A stretch of 57,931 nt of DNA from a virus (Duplodnaviria; Caudoviricetes). Positions 10,701-20,800 of this stretch are shown here, piece after piece; positions within the stretch are counted from its first letter, which is position 1, and each line of letters opens with the position of its first letter. The notes under the pieces were generated by a model. The model ran no database searches and was not told the DNA's origin. It was given only the letters and a program-made list of their open reading frames with translations. Position numbers and translations under genes: made by a program. Where the stretch lies: positions 1-57,931 of IMG/VR virus record IMGVR_UViG_3300027763_000069; one strand, written 5' to 3'.

Positions 10701-13700
10701 GGCAATACCTGTACCTGCTAGTTGCATACCCACTGCAATAGTTCCTGTTACTGCGCTGTTAACTACTAGTTGTGTACCAGTAATAGTGCCGTTGAATGTT
10801 GCTGTTACAGTAGGTTGACCATAAATCTGTGCAACCATTTCGTCAATAACAGTTCTAGTCTGTACAACTGAGCCGTTTGCCGCAAGTAGTTTAACACGCT
10901 CGCCGATAAATCCTAATGATCCGTATGTTGAGTCTGCAAGACTACTATGTAATGTAGCTACTGACGGAACTAGTCTGTTGTATGAACGACCGCATTGAAT
11001 ACTTTGGAAGTTGCCGCCAAACAATACGTCATAGGCTAATGCGCTAACCACATATCCTGCATCACGATTTGTTAGTGGCAGGATAGGGCTTTCATTTTGA
11101 TAGAAACGTGTCACCCAGGCCTGTGCATCATTTGCCGCTTCACTTGCGCGAGCTTGTATTGCATCATATGATGCTTTGTTTGATGTTGTTGCTAGGGCGT
11201 ATGCTCCGGATGTTACTGGAGTAATAACCAATGTAGAACCAGTAGCTGTAGCTGTTTGGCTCACGCTGATAGTCCAGCTTGTTCCAGATCCTGCTGTGAT
11301 ATAAGTGCCTGCGGCAATAGTTCCGCCTGTAACAATTTGTCCAATTTTAATTGTACCTGTTACGCTACTAACTGTTAGTGTTGTTCCGCTTGTTGTTCCG
11401 GTGAATGTGGCCGCTGATGAGTCCGCAACACCATTGTTGATCCAGTATAAAATATCAGCTACGCGAGCCTGTGCAAATGCAGCCGCTGCCGCTGATCCTG
11501 CTGTACCTGTTGTGTATTGTGTTGTTGTGTTTCCGGCACTCTCTGTGACATTGGCCTTGGTAATAACTTGACCAATAACTGTTGATAGTCTAGCTAGCGA
11601 GTTTTGTACACCTTTTAAATATGGTGCAACTAGCTGTGCTGTATTCAAACTGTAGTATGAGCTACCAGTGATTACTGATTGAGTGTTGCTACCATAAGTT
11701 AAGTCATAGCAGATTGCGTCAAGCATGAATCCTAGATCGCGTTTTGTTTCTGCTTTATAAGTTTCGCTGTAGTTAGTCCACTGTTCAGAACCAGTTAGAT
11801 TTGTGTCAGTGTTTAAGAAAGCAACGATTTCATCTTTAATGTACTGATAGTTTGCTTGAATCAATGTTACTGCATCGCCGTAGTTGGCTAGATATGATGA
11901 GTTATATCCAGTAACTGTTGGCATACTGATAGCTGGTTGATACGCTAGTCCGTTAGGATAGTTTGGATTGGTTGGGCCAGTAATAACTGTGCCTGCACTA
12001 AACATATCTTGAATAAGTTTAGTGTTGTTAACTACAAGATTAACAGCTGACAAGTTTCCTGTATCACCTGCGGGCAATGATTTTACCTGTGTTGCGGTGT
12101 TAGGGAATGTTGTTCCAGATGTTGTAGGAGTTATAGTAGTGTTAGATACCAAGTCAGCTAGCACTGATTGAATACGCAACAGTGCGGCAGATGTTTTTGG
12201 TCTGTCATTGTTCAAATATGTTTGTGGTTTTGCCACTTGAACAATAGTACTACGTAGTTCGTCTCCAACAATCGCTGTATCCACAGGCACTACGATAGGA
12301 CCATATTCGTTATATGTTCCAGTCTTTAAGTAGACTGTTGTATGTGGACGAGCTTCTTGAGGAATCTGTGAATATGTTCCTGCTGTTAGTGCGCCAGTAA
12401 TGATACTTAACAATCCCTGCGCTGTTGTTAGAGCACCTGTTTCAACTGAGCTGGCAGTAACAGTGGTTGTATTTTGAATAGCCTTAGTACTAATACCATT
12501 TAGTGTTTGGTAGTTGGCTGCTGGAGCAGAGTTAGCCATCACTGCTGGGAATAGTGTGTCTTTTAAGTATGAAAGACTGCCTGCAAATACAGGAGCCTGT
12601 TGAGTAGTACCGGTACTAGTGAAACTTGTTAGTGTTCTGAAGTACGCTTTTGTAGCTGTTTCAGTATACAAGTTTCCACCGTGTGTTAAATCAAATACGA
12701 TTCCGTCAATAACTGTACCTGTATCGCGTTCAGCTTTACTTTGTGTATAGTTAAATCTTGCAACTGATGCAGTATTACTACTAGGAGTTATTGCACGAGT
12801 CAGGCCGCTTTGATAAACTTCGCTGATTGTAAATGTTGTACTTGTTGGGAATGTGTTTACATAGTAAACTGTTCCGGCAGTTACGCCGCCTGTTGCGGCT
12901 GTAAAAGTAATAGGCATTCCATAATACATATTAGCAGTAGTTACTTGACTGCTAGTGCTCGAACCGCCAACAACAAAAGTATTTCCGCTTGCGCTTGTAC
13001 CTGTAACATTAAATGAATAGTTGACTTGAATAAAGTTATTAACTTCTTTCATCATGAACTGTTTGTTCACTGTCAATGCTAAGCCAGCATTGCTATTTAA
13101 ATAACCGTCTTCAACTTGTTTACAAGCGTATAGTAAACTTGACCATGGCTTATCTAGTGTTAGACCTTGTCCGTTACCTGATACGTCACTGCCTGATGGC
13201 GCTACGTATACAATATTTTGTAGTTCGCCGTAGTATTTCCAAGCAGGTTGATCACCGTCCACACGCAACACTTGTCCGTCTGTACCAATTGGTAGTCTTA
13301 CTGGGCCATTAGCCCCGTAGTAAACCATGTCACCTTGTGTAGTTAGCGCACCGCTATCTGCACCGCTTGCTAAAATATTCCAATATGTTCCGGTATCACT
13401 TAACGGATCGTTTACACCTGTAGATCCAATGTGAGCACTGATACAAATGTAGCTACTATTGCCGTAGTATACAGTATCACCGATAACATAAGTGATGCCA
13501 GTTTTCCATGTTGCCGCATAACCTGTTAATACGCTAACGGTACCAATTGGGCCTGTTCCGCCACCACCAGTAATAGTTTCTACTTTAACAACTAGATCGT
13601 TGCTTGGGCTTGCGCCGCCTAGCGCACTACCTAAAACTTTTAGTGTGTCATTAACTGTATAACCTGTTCCTGCTGTGCCGCCAATTACTGCTGAATAAGC

Positions 13701-14783
13701 AGTACCTGTACGAGTTACTGTAAATGTTGGACTTCCGGAACCAGTTGCTGTTACATTAGTACTAGCAACGTTTGTATATGTTGTGTTAGGAGCAGTAGCC
13801 CAGCGCATACCAGAACTTAGTTTGCTCCAGTTGGCGCCCGGAGGAGCCGATGCCGAGTTGTCTGCTGTTGCAATATAAGTGTAACCGCCTACATTTACGA
13901 CATTACCAATCTTGTAGCTTGTACCAGTATCCCATTCTCCTGAATATACTAGACCCGATGTGAATACTTTCCAATATGCTGTTTGTGTACTTGGTGTCTT
14001 TGGGCTACCCGATGTGCTATTTTGTATAGCGGTATATGTATATCCGCCGTAAGTTACAACGTCACCAACTTGATAGTCGTTAGCTGAGTTCCATGATCCT
14101 TCGAACTGGAAACCGTTAACAAATACGCTAAAGTTTCCTGTATCAATACTTGTACCAGTTGATGTGTGGTATGTGGTACAGATCCATAAATCTGCGCCAA
14201 ACTTGACCACATCATTTTGTTTGTAACGAACAGAGCTACCACTCCAATCGCCGAGATATGTAATACCTTGGTTGAATACGTCCCACTTTGAAATGTCGTT
14301 TTCTAAGCCAGAGGCCGCGGTTGAAGCAGAGGTATGTTGAGTCTTACAAACATACGTACTTCCGCCGTAGTAAACTAAATCACGAACTTTATATCGTGTG
14401 CTTGTAGCCCATGCGCCAAGCCATTTAAATCCTGCAGAAAACAAGTCCCACTTGCTTTGGTCGTCTTCTAAATATGTTTGGCTAGTATGTGCTGTTTTAC
14501 AAACGTATACTGTGCCGCCCCATAGGACAATATCACCTAAGTTATAATAGGTAGTAGCGGCCCATGTATTGCGCCAAGTTGTGCCATCTGCAATAAGATT
14601 CCACTTGGTTAATAACGGGTTAGCATTTGTGTCAGTGACAAATGCTGATGACGAAGTATGACTTATTACACAAATGTAAGTTTTTCCGCCATTTGTAACA
14701 ACGTCGTCAACAACATATCCACGACTCGCTGTCCATGTACCTTGGTACACAAACTTAATTCTACCTAATTTAAATTCTGCCAT
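4710..14783 (-). CDS. Giant (3357 aa) mosaic fibre/adhesin-like virion protein
   Basis: 10 kb uninterrupted ORF with GAGGA SD and late promoter; N-terminal W-x5-Y-x2-GD-x-V-x-YGG-x2-Y-x-C-x3-H repeats (CBM5/12-like), beta-helix start YVAPSGSD..G.TLDKPW, WxxLAYGxGxFVA propeller repeats, YYV-type beta repeats. Confidence 0.85.
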   Translation of the reverse strand: MAEFKLGRIKFVYQGTWTASRGYVVDDVVTNGGKTYICVISHTSSSAFVTDTNANPLLTKWNLIADGTTWRNTWAATTYYNLGDIVLWGGTVYVCKTAHTSQTYLEDDQSKWDLFSAGFKWLGAWATSTRYKVRDLVYYGGSTYVCKTQHTSASTAASGLENDISKWDVFNQGITYLGDWSGSSVRYKQNDVVKFGADLWICTTYHTSTGTSIDTGNFSVFVNGFQFEGSWNSANDYQVGDVVTYGGYTYTAIQNSTSGSPKTPSTQTAYWKVFTSGLVYSGEWDTGTSYKIGNVVNVGGYTYIATADNSASAPPGANWSKLSSGMRWATAPNTTYTNVASTNVTATGSGSPTFTVTRTGTAYSAVIGGTAGTGYTVNDTLKVLGSALGGASPSNDLVVKVETITGGGGTGPIGTVSVLTGYAATWKTGITYVIGDTVYYGNSSYICISAHIGSTGVNDPLSDTGTYWNILASGADSGALTTQGDMVYYGANGPVRLPIGTDGQVLRVDGDQPAWKYYGELQNIVYVAPSGSDVSGNGQGLTLDKPWSSLLYACKQVEDGYLNSNAGLALTVNKQFMMKEVNNFIQVNYSFNVTGTSASGNTFVVGGSSTSSQVTTANMYYGMPITFTAATGGVTAGTVYYVNTFPTSTTFTISEVYQSGLTRAITPSSNTASVARFNYTQSKAERDTGTVIDGIVFDLTHGGNLYTETATKAYFRTLTSFTSTGTTQQAPVFAGSLSYLKDTLFPAVMANSAPAANYQTLNGISTKAIQNTTTVTASSVETGALTTAQGLLSIITGALTAGTYSQIPQEARPHTTVYLKTGTYNEYGPIVVPVDTAIVGDELRSTIVQVAKPQTYLNNDRPKTSAALLRIQSVLADLVSNTTITPTTSGTTFPNTATQVKSLPAGDTGNLSAVNLVVNNTKLIQDMFSAGTVITGPTNPNYPNGLAYQPAISMPTVTGYNSSYLANYGDAVTLIQANYQYIKDEIVAFLNTDTNLTGSEQWTNYSETYKAETKRDLGFMLDAICYDLTYGSNTQSVITGSSYYSLNTAQLVAPYLKGVQNSLARLSTVIGQVITKANVTESAGNTTTQYTTGTAGSAAAAAFAQARVADILYWINNGVADSSAATFTGTTSGTTLTVSSVTGTIKIGQIVTGGTIAAGTYITAGSGTSWTISVSQTATATGSTLVITPVTSGAYALATTSNKASYDAIQARASEAANDAQAWVTRFYQNESPILPLTNRDAGYVVSALAYDVLFGGNFQSIQCGRSYNRLVPSVATLHSSLADSTYGSLGFIGERVKLLAANGSVVQTRTVIDEMVAQIYGQPTVTATFNGTITGTQLVVNSAVTGTIAVGMQLAGTGIAAGTSIISGSGTTWLLNYNQSAASTTTSITSVTTSVVLNGTTYNNILTAGTTSGFVPGLVITITGTTIGNLTAGTYYIKQVLSSTQFTVSQTYLGSVFAITSTANGAMTGVVYGIYGGLGLTTDITASGTTVPVTTVTTSTNLITVASNAGMLVNMPIVFTGLPANITTTATTISSSSITLGATVSSLGVVVGQPVWFTGFTPQATGTQSTIVSNQVYYVKTASASAITIAATLNGTALTLTNATGLTLTANFNAAGGLVNGAQYWINSVTAGTYPAAGTTITVTESYKSGTAFAITNTVGSLTATCTAGMPINQGINDKNTNGTIQPWNNPTGSYSMATGYNNTLATIQGAEIIRANKSFLANEAVAYVLSQYTGTVTTTATNGTVTCSGAHNLTVGDPVVFSGTMFDGNIVAGTVYWVLTTPSTSTLTLTITAPGTGTQSTKTLNGGSGSMTVSYYILTDKAVRDATYHIDGLIYDLGLTGNYKSTRSAQVYLSAQGGATANDLFHLRNGTGLRNMTLNGLTGAMTLPNALGTRRPTAGAYSSLDAGFGPNDSAVWISNRSPYPQNLTLFGSGCSGLKIDAALHSGGNKSIVANDYTTIISDGIGCWCTGSGALTELVSVFAYYSYAGYLAEYGGRIRATNGNSSYGTYGVIAEGIDSYETPIYGRLNNRANPAYITNVVTDGTDEILRLEYQNAGNAYTNALPTVSGAGYNIVAIQDEFRDSAVFETRLVDLNNGRGIGGSNYLTASNVAQTGTVGTITIANSDIQLSSAYVGMRIQLIGGTGVGQFANIIGYAQSNKLANIVRPNFAILTITTNNTTVFTVASTATMYVGMPIYLGAAVAGLSTGTVYYVSTTSFTATTFRLSTSAANAAAGTNISLNATSATPAVTAASIIVGTTLTVGTLTSGTIYPGMLLTGGSVLPNTFVVANISGSGAGSTWTVSVSQNLASTSLTGTIAVPVYEAGWDHVVPGDTVVSLLDATSAYIIEPALSYTAPGFTSTGITMTAAVTTTWAGLAYGQGKFVATSNATGVASTATTTDGTTWAAGGALPTDASSKWGNVVYGGGQNATATAVVGGVGGSGAVLTAVVGATGTNVQGQIISITVVNGGYNYLTPPTIVIVGASGSAGATATARVLNGQIQAVDMIITGSGYASETVTVTAVTSSLSSITATTWGSGYYASPIVTIAAPVTATGWSSGGAATSGSYYSAVDTTVSPNVTNYYLAGGSGNFSSTKPTFTNAIYGKSGYGASGTGASGTFGVALTYVGTLAVAGANTNTNAAGYGVTSYTISQTGYGYTTTPTVTVTDPNAAFVAISTATASAAYSSDQGSTWSATGGTTGKTNLNSLAYGNNLYIAVGGTSSASAVSLSGSPTGTWSDQSSNITANSSGYTNVAYGAGVFCAIGGTVSSFMAANPTAWYAGATLPSKTWAGLAYGNGRFVALASDGTVYYTTNWQTKNWTTTPSYATNNTWTQAPTCGGTSTSILSSSNTWTKIRYGQGLFVAISSGTVFATSPDGIDWTRQTASSSSSWLGLAFGNPVNATLGRVPTWVAVSNTSGKIATKIATGARPQGRAKVVNNQVSEIRMIEPGSGFPRGNIVSTSATSTGTITVDDITNLTANQPIVFNGTNSGGIVAGTYYFVKGTPTSTSGLAGTIQISTTSGGSVFALTASTPTGMTYNAGPIITQTDPNKVNTAPLAARTGNGALGNPSFAHRGTANTTATASYAGDGYADLYQVGTYVNVSGLYQIPTPGCNVVFSSILGTSRWYKLVSVTNVTGIAGNYSATFQINPGLTTLTAPSHNDLITTNLSYSNVRLTGHDFLYIGTGGFSATNYPYVDATKAVSANQQLFVGGGRVFFTSTDQDGNFNVGNLFGVQQSTGTATLNASAFNLSGLQSLTLGSVSLGVGSATIYQFSTDPYFTANSDGVVPTQKAIKAFITAQIGGGQSSLNVNTITSGQIYIAGNTISNTNNAQIYVSSKMLFTGGIDGAPVALVYFGQR

Positions 14784-14803
14784 TTTATATCATCCTCTGA
14801 TAG

Positions 14804-14810
14804 TATTTAT
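14804..14810 (-). promoter_or_regulatory. T4-type late promoter (ATAAATA)
   Basis: Minus strand AGATAAATACTA in the intergenic gap ~20 nt upstream of the 3357 aa gene; matches the gp55 consensus TATAAATA except at position 1. Confidence 0.7.
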
Positions 14811-14830
14811 CTTTGTTGTATTTCTTAGGT

Positions 14831-17800
14831 TTACAATCCGCGCTTTGTTGCGCTTCTCATAAACATATCCAATGCTGCCATACTGCCATCTACGCCCTTG
14901 CCGTTAATATATACTTTATTAGCCATCTTAATAGCTGATCCAACTAGACCGTTAGATACTGTTGATTTAATAAAGTTTGGTGCACCAATGCTTACTGTAC
15001 CTGCAATAAAGTTACCGGTATAGGTATTTGCACCACCCTGGCTCAAACGTCCTGTTAGATAAGATTTGACTGCTCGCTGTGTTGGAACTATTGCGTCCGA
15101 GTTGGCTGCAAAAGTATTGTCTGTACTAAACTGAGTAATAACAACACTTGAGCTACCGACTGCTATACCGCCTAGGCTTAGGGTTTCTAGTCCGCTTAGT
15201 CCAAACTGTGTTGCATTTAAAGTAACTGTACCAGTTGCCTGTTGTACCCCAAACAATCCGCCAACGCTAAAGTTTCCGTTTTCGTCTGTACTAGTATAGA
15301 AAACGTGTCCCTGGTTTGTCTCAACTGCCTGTTGATTAATCTTAGCAGTTGTAATGTCAGTGTATGGATAATTAGCTGTGGCCCTATTGCCTGTTCCTAC
15401 TAGTAGGAAGTCATGGTTGGTTACACGACACTGACTATATAGTTGTCTTAACTCTACTGCTGTTCCGTGATTAGGACTTCTTGCTGTAGTCATCTCCGGC
15501 GATATCTGTATTGTCGCTTCAATAAACGGTGCAGTAGTTCCAAAAACAGCACTTGCACTTGTTACTTTATATATTTGGCTACTGCCAGCAATAGATAAGT
15601 TACTTCCGACTAGAGGAACAGATTGTAGATTTTTAACGATCAAGTTTAATCCTGTTTGGAAAGTATCTGCATATCCGTTTCCTGTAATTGTTACCACAGT
15701 TGATGTAGTATTATATCCGGTTCCTCTATTAATAAATGTTGGGTTAGCTAGAGCCCCATTTCCAACACGAGGTGTTATTGATGCTGTAACTGAAACATTA
15801 TAGTCTGAGAAGGTAACTGATGGAGAGGATGTATAGTTTGATCCAGGTTCCCACAATGATACCGCAGTTATAACTCCGGAGTCAATGGATGGTCTTCCTT
15901 GTGCTCTGGCGCCTTCGCTGATTACAGTGACATTGCCTGAAGAACTACCATCTCCGGTTAGTGTTGCAAATAAACCAATATTTGATGTACTATAACCAAA
16001 TACCATTGCGCTAATACTGCCGTAGGTCAATGTTCGAGTTTTCCAATATATGCCGTGTTCTGATGAGTAAGCATCAGTTCCGTTAGCGTTTACTGCGACA
16101 AACACACCTTGACCGTAGGCTAAGTTTGTTGCCGACATATAAGTTGCAGATTGTGTCCAGTTAACTCCGTCAAAACTGATTGCTGATCGTAATCCTCTAC
16201 CTGATTGTATTGCTACAAACTTATTATTACCAAACGCTACGTCTGTATATGCCGGACCACCTACTGCAAATGACAATCCAGTTGTGCTACCTGCACCTGT
16301 TGTTATAGGATTTGTACCTTGGATTGCATTGATATATGTTGCCGCTAATGTAAATGATGATTTACCGTTAGTTTCACTTATGTAATATGTACCGTTAGTG
16401 ACGGTTCCGTCGCCTGTTAACGGCCCACTAACTACAACACTTTGTCCAACTACTAGTTGAGTTGCAGTTGTTGTGGTACAAGTAAACTGTCCAGCACTAC
16501 CAATAATAGTTACACCTGACAATATAACGTTACTTGTAGGTAGTGTAGAAGAGTTCCAAGTTATTCCATCTGGGCTCCATGCCGTTTGTCCGTTATTATT
16601 AACTGCAACAAATATACCTGAACCGTAAGTTAATGCTACCCAAGATCCGATAGTACTTGTAATTGCTGTACTTGCATCAGTATTATTCAAGTGCATTAAT
16701 AATGTTGTATTTGCATCTGAAACAAATTCTTGTAGAGTAGGAGTAAATGTAGTTGTGTACCTACTTACTCCACGGCTAACTCTTACTTCATCAATATAAC
16801 CTGTAGCAAGTGTTGCACCGGTAAATGATGCTCCAATTACTATTGGGCGAGTTGCATAGGTGTTAGCATCTGTATAAGTTGTAGGAGTTAGTGTTCCGTT
16901 AACAAACAGTCTAGTTGTTCCACTTGCACGTGATACAGCAACATGGTTCCATGAACCTGCTGAACAAGTTACGCTAGATGTAATTTGATATGCGTTGTTA
17001 ACAAATAATCTTATATTACCAGAAGTATTCATTTCTAGATATATTGCCGCATCATTACTAGTACTGCGTTGATCGATTAGTACCTGTTGTGCGCCAAGAG
17101 CCGTTGGACGCCAGAAAAATTCAACAGTGAAATCTTCTTTGTTATAGGCAAATCGCGCATCACTTGCAACTGTGACATAGCTTGAACCATCTAAGTATAA
17201 ACTAGATATGCCAAATTTTTGTTGTGTAGTGCTTATTACAGGAGTGCCTGTTCCTGTTATTGGAGTACTACTCGGCAAGCTAGTTGCTGTCCAAGTTAGT
17301 CCTTGATTAGATGAGTATGCCGCACGAGTATTATCACTGCTTATCGCTACAAAAGTACCATTACCATAAGCAATTTTACTCCATGAAGAGTTTGTTGGTA
17401 GTGAGCTAGTTCTCCATCCTAATCCGTTGGAATTAGAGTAGGCTACTACCGAGTTGCTTCCTGAAGTTGTTGTACCTAATGCCGCCCAATAAGAGTTTCC
17501 GTAGGCAATACCGGTCCATGCATTAACAGTCGATGGTAGTGATACTGGTGCCCAAGTTGTGCCGTTAGATGATACAGCACCTTTTGTTCCGCTAGTAGGA
17601 ACCGCTATAAAATAATTGTTTCCATATGCAACTGCACTAAATGATGCGCCATTTGATAACGGTGATGATACAACTCCGCTAGCTTGTTGGTATGATGGTA
17701 AACTAAATGTTGTTTTAGGCTCTATAATATATGAGCTGGTAGAATCAAGCGTAACAACATCCGGAGTGCCGGGAGTAATATTGTCCCATCCGCTTGCTGC

Positions 17801-20800
17801 CATTTGCATATTTCCTACTCCCGTAGCTAATGTAATAGGAGTTCCTGCTCTTGATGTGCTGATTGACAATGTGGTATTACTACTGCCTTGTCCCGGAGGA
17901 GTTATTGCAGTTATAAAATAACGAGTATAGGAGTTTATTCCTCCAAACAAGCTAGTTGAAAATGTGCCGTTCATTGTACTAATATTACCAACGCTGTTAG
18001 TAACAACTAGTCTAGTTCCAGTACTAGTCAATGTCATTGATCCTGTACCGGCACCTAATGATATTGCTTCGGGACAAGTTCTTGCTAGTATTAATCCATC
18101 TTTATTAGTTAAAGTAAATGTATTTGTTTTATCTAATGTGATAGTAATTTGATTAGTAGACGGGTTAATAGTTTGAATGTAATATACAGTCTCAGGAGCA
18201 ATGTTACCAAATGTTGTTCCACTAGGGATACCGCTGAATATTATTGGGTTGCCTACAACAAAATTAGTAGTGTCACTAACTTTAATCAAGTTTGTACTGA
18301 ACTCAGTTTGTGTTGCAGTAAATCTAATAATGGTATTTGTTATGTTAAAGTTATTAGCATCAACAATTTTGCTGATATAATATGTTGTGCCCGGACTAAT
18401 AGCCGCATCAAATATTGTTCCACTGAATACCACTGGATTCAATGCTACTAAACTAGAAGTCGTAGCTCTTACTGTGTTAGTTGTACCGCCAACTGTTTCT
18501 ACTGAGGTTAATGTAACTTTATTTGTAGATACAGTAAAGTTATTTGCATCAATAATGTCATTAATATAGTAAGTACTACCTAATGATAATCCACCTAAAG
18601 ATACACCGGTAAACTGAATGTCAATGTTTGGCACCATGTTTGAAGTTGGTGCTTTGATATAACCGGAATATCTTGGGTATGTCATAGTCTGACTTCCAGA
18701 TGCTACTGTAGATAACTGTATTGGGTTGCCCGATATCTCGGTAGACAGTTGAATAAGATCAAGATCGTAATCAATATCTACAATATAGTACAAGTATCCT
18801 TCTGTAATATTAAAACTGCCTGCACCGAATGTCACTGGCATGTTTAATGCTAGGCTTGCTGTTGGAACAGCAATCGTGTTTATTACTCCGCCGACTGTTG
18901 CAGTAACTACTACTGTATCAATGGAAGTGGCTGTTGCCGTTGTTGTATAGTATGTTGGAATAAATTGTACTGCTTGATTAACATACCATGTGCTTATATC
19001 TGTACCCGATGACAGTGTTAGCAAGTTAAGAGCGGCTGTTGCACTATAAGTTGATGATATTACACTTACTGGATCCACTGTTTCTTTTAATACCAATGCA
19101 GTTTTAGAAGTAACTCCGTTTGCATCCACACCTGAAGAGTTATTATAATAAGACACAAAGCCGTATTGTCCTGCACCTGTACCGCTACTGACAAATATAC
19201 GCATACCCAAGTAGTTATAAAGCCCTTGGTCAGTAGATGCTAATCTAATAGAATAATCATTTCCTTCTTGAGCGGTGTTTACACTAGTTGCATAGCCAGC
19301 GCCGCCGGTAAATCCATTATTGTCTGTTATAATTCTAGCATTAAACACTGACTGGCTTCGAGATTCTTCGCCGGATAGTATTGCGCCTGCACCTGCGCCG
19401 ACTACTTGATAGTTTGCATATGCTGTAAATCTATTAGTTGTTGTTTCAAGATAAAACTCTGGCAGAACTTCTACTGAAGAAACTTCTAACTGTGCGCCAT
19501 AAATTATTGAATATGTATTGGCAATTGGAGCATTTGCACCTTGTGGGAAAAACTTGTAAGTTAGTGAGGTATTAACGCCAGTGGAATCATTTATTGACAT
19601 CCAAACTCTATACCATCCGGTTACTAGTGTTTTCTGAGCACCGTATGATGCTGGTAGTGTTCCACCATTGGCTGAATTTGTAATACTTGTTCCGCTATAA
19701 GGCGTTACAGTATGACTAGAAACGTTATAATTGATGCCGCTAGTTACTGTTGTTGCTCCAGAAAATACAGCTTGCATATCAATGCTTGCTGAGTTTCCTG
19801 CATACACATACATACTCAGTGTAAATGACTGACTGCTACCAGCAGGTACTGTACCAGATGTTGCATCAATAGTTGAAATGCCTGTACCTGATAAGTTGCC
19901 TACAACAATAGTCAAATCATTTGTAATATCTAAACCGCCTAATTGCGAACCGCTAATTAAAATATTGTTTCCTGTTTGATACAATGTTCCCGCGGTATTA
20001 ACAGTTACTACATAACCAGCAGGAGTAACTTTAATATCGAATGTTGCACCGTTACCTGGAGCACCATCTTGTGTAACTCCACTGATGTTGGTATAACTAT
20101 ATCCTGCAGGATTGATTGCAATGCTTTGTTGAATATATCCTGTACCAGGTGTGCTAGTTGATCCAGTTAACAACCATGCTTCTGTGTAGCCCGTTGGTGC
20201 AATGTTGTTCTTAATGAACGATACGTTAGCATCGTTAGTCCATACAGTAAGAAACTCATTACTCCATTTTAGCATGTTAGTTGTAGGGTTATAGTATGCT
20301 GAACCAGCATTGCTATAGTTTAATTTTAACAACTGATCAGATGTACCAAACGCACTAATAACTCCAGCCTGAACTTGTTGTGATTGGTTGTTCACAGTTC
20401 CTGTTAAAGGAACTTCTGTTAAATCGTACCCTTCACTAACAACTCCAAATGTACCGTATGAGCTGTTGCCGTTGGCTGAACGAATGCGACCGCCTGCTTC
20501 TGCAAAGTAGCCAGCGTAGCAGTAGTATGAGAATACTGAAATAGCTTCTGTGATAGCACCAGGACCTGTACACCAAATGCCAATACCATCGCTGATTACC
20601 ATAGTGTAATCATTAGACACGATCGATTTACTTCCGCCATTATGTAATGTACCGTCAATCTTAATTCCGGTAGATCCGTCGCCAAATACTGTTAAGTTTT
20701 GAGCATACGGACTCTTACGAATAATCCAGGCACTAGTATCATTAGGTCCGGTTCCTGGATCTAAACTTGTGTAGGACCCGCCTGTTGGACGAGCTGTTTG

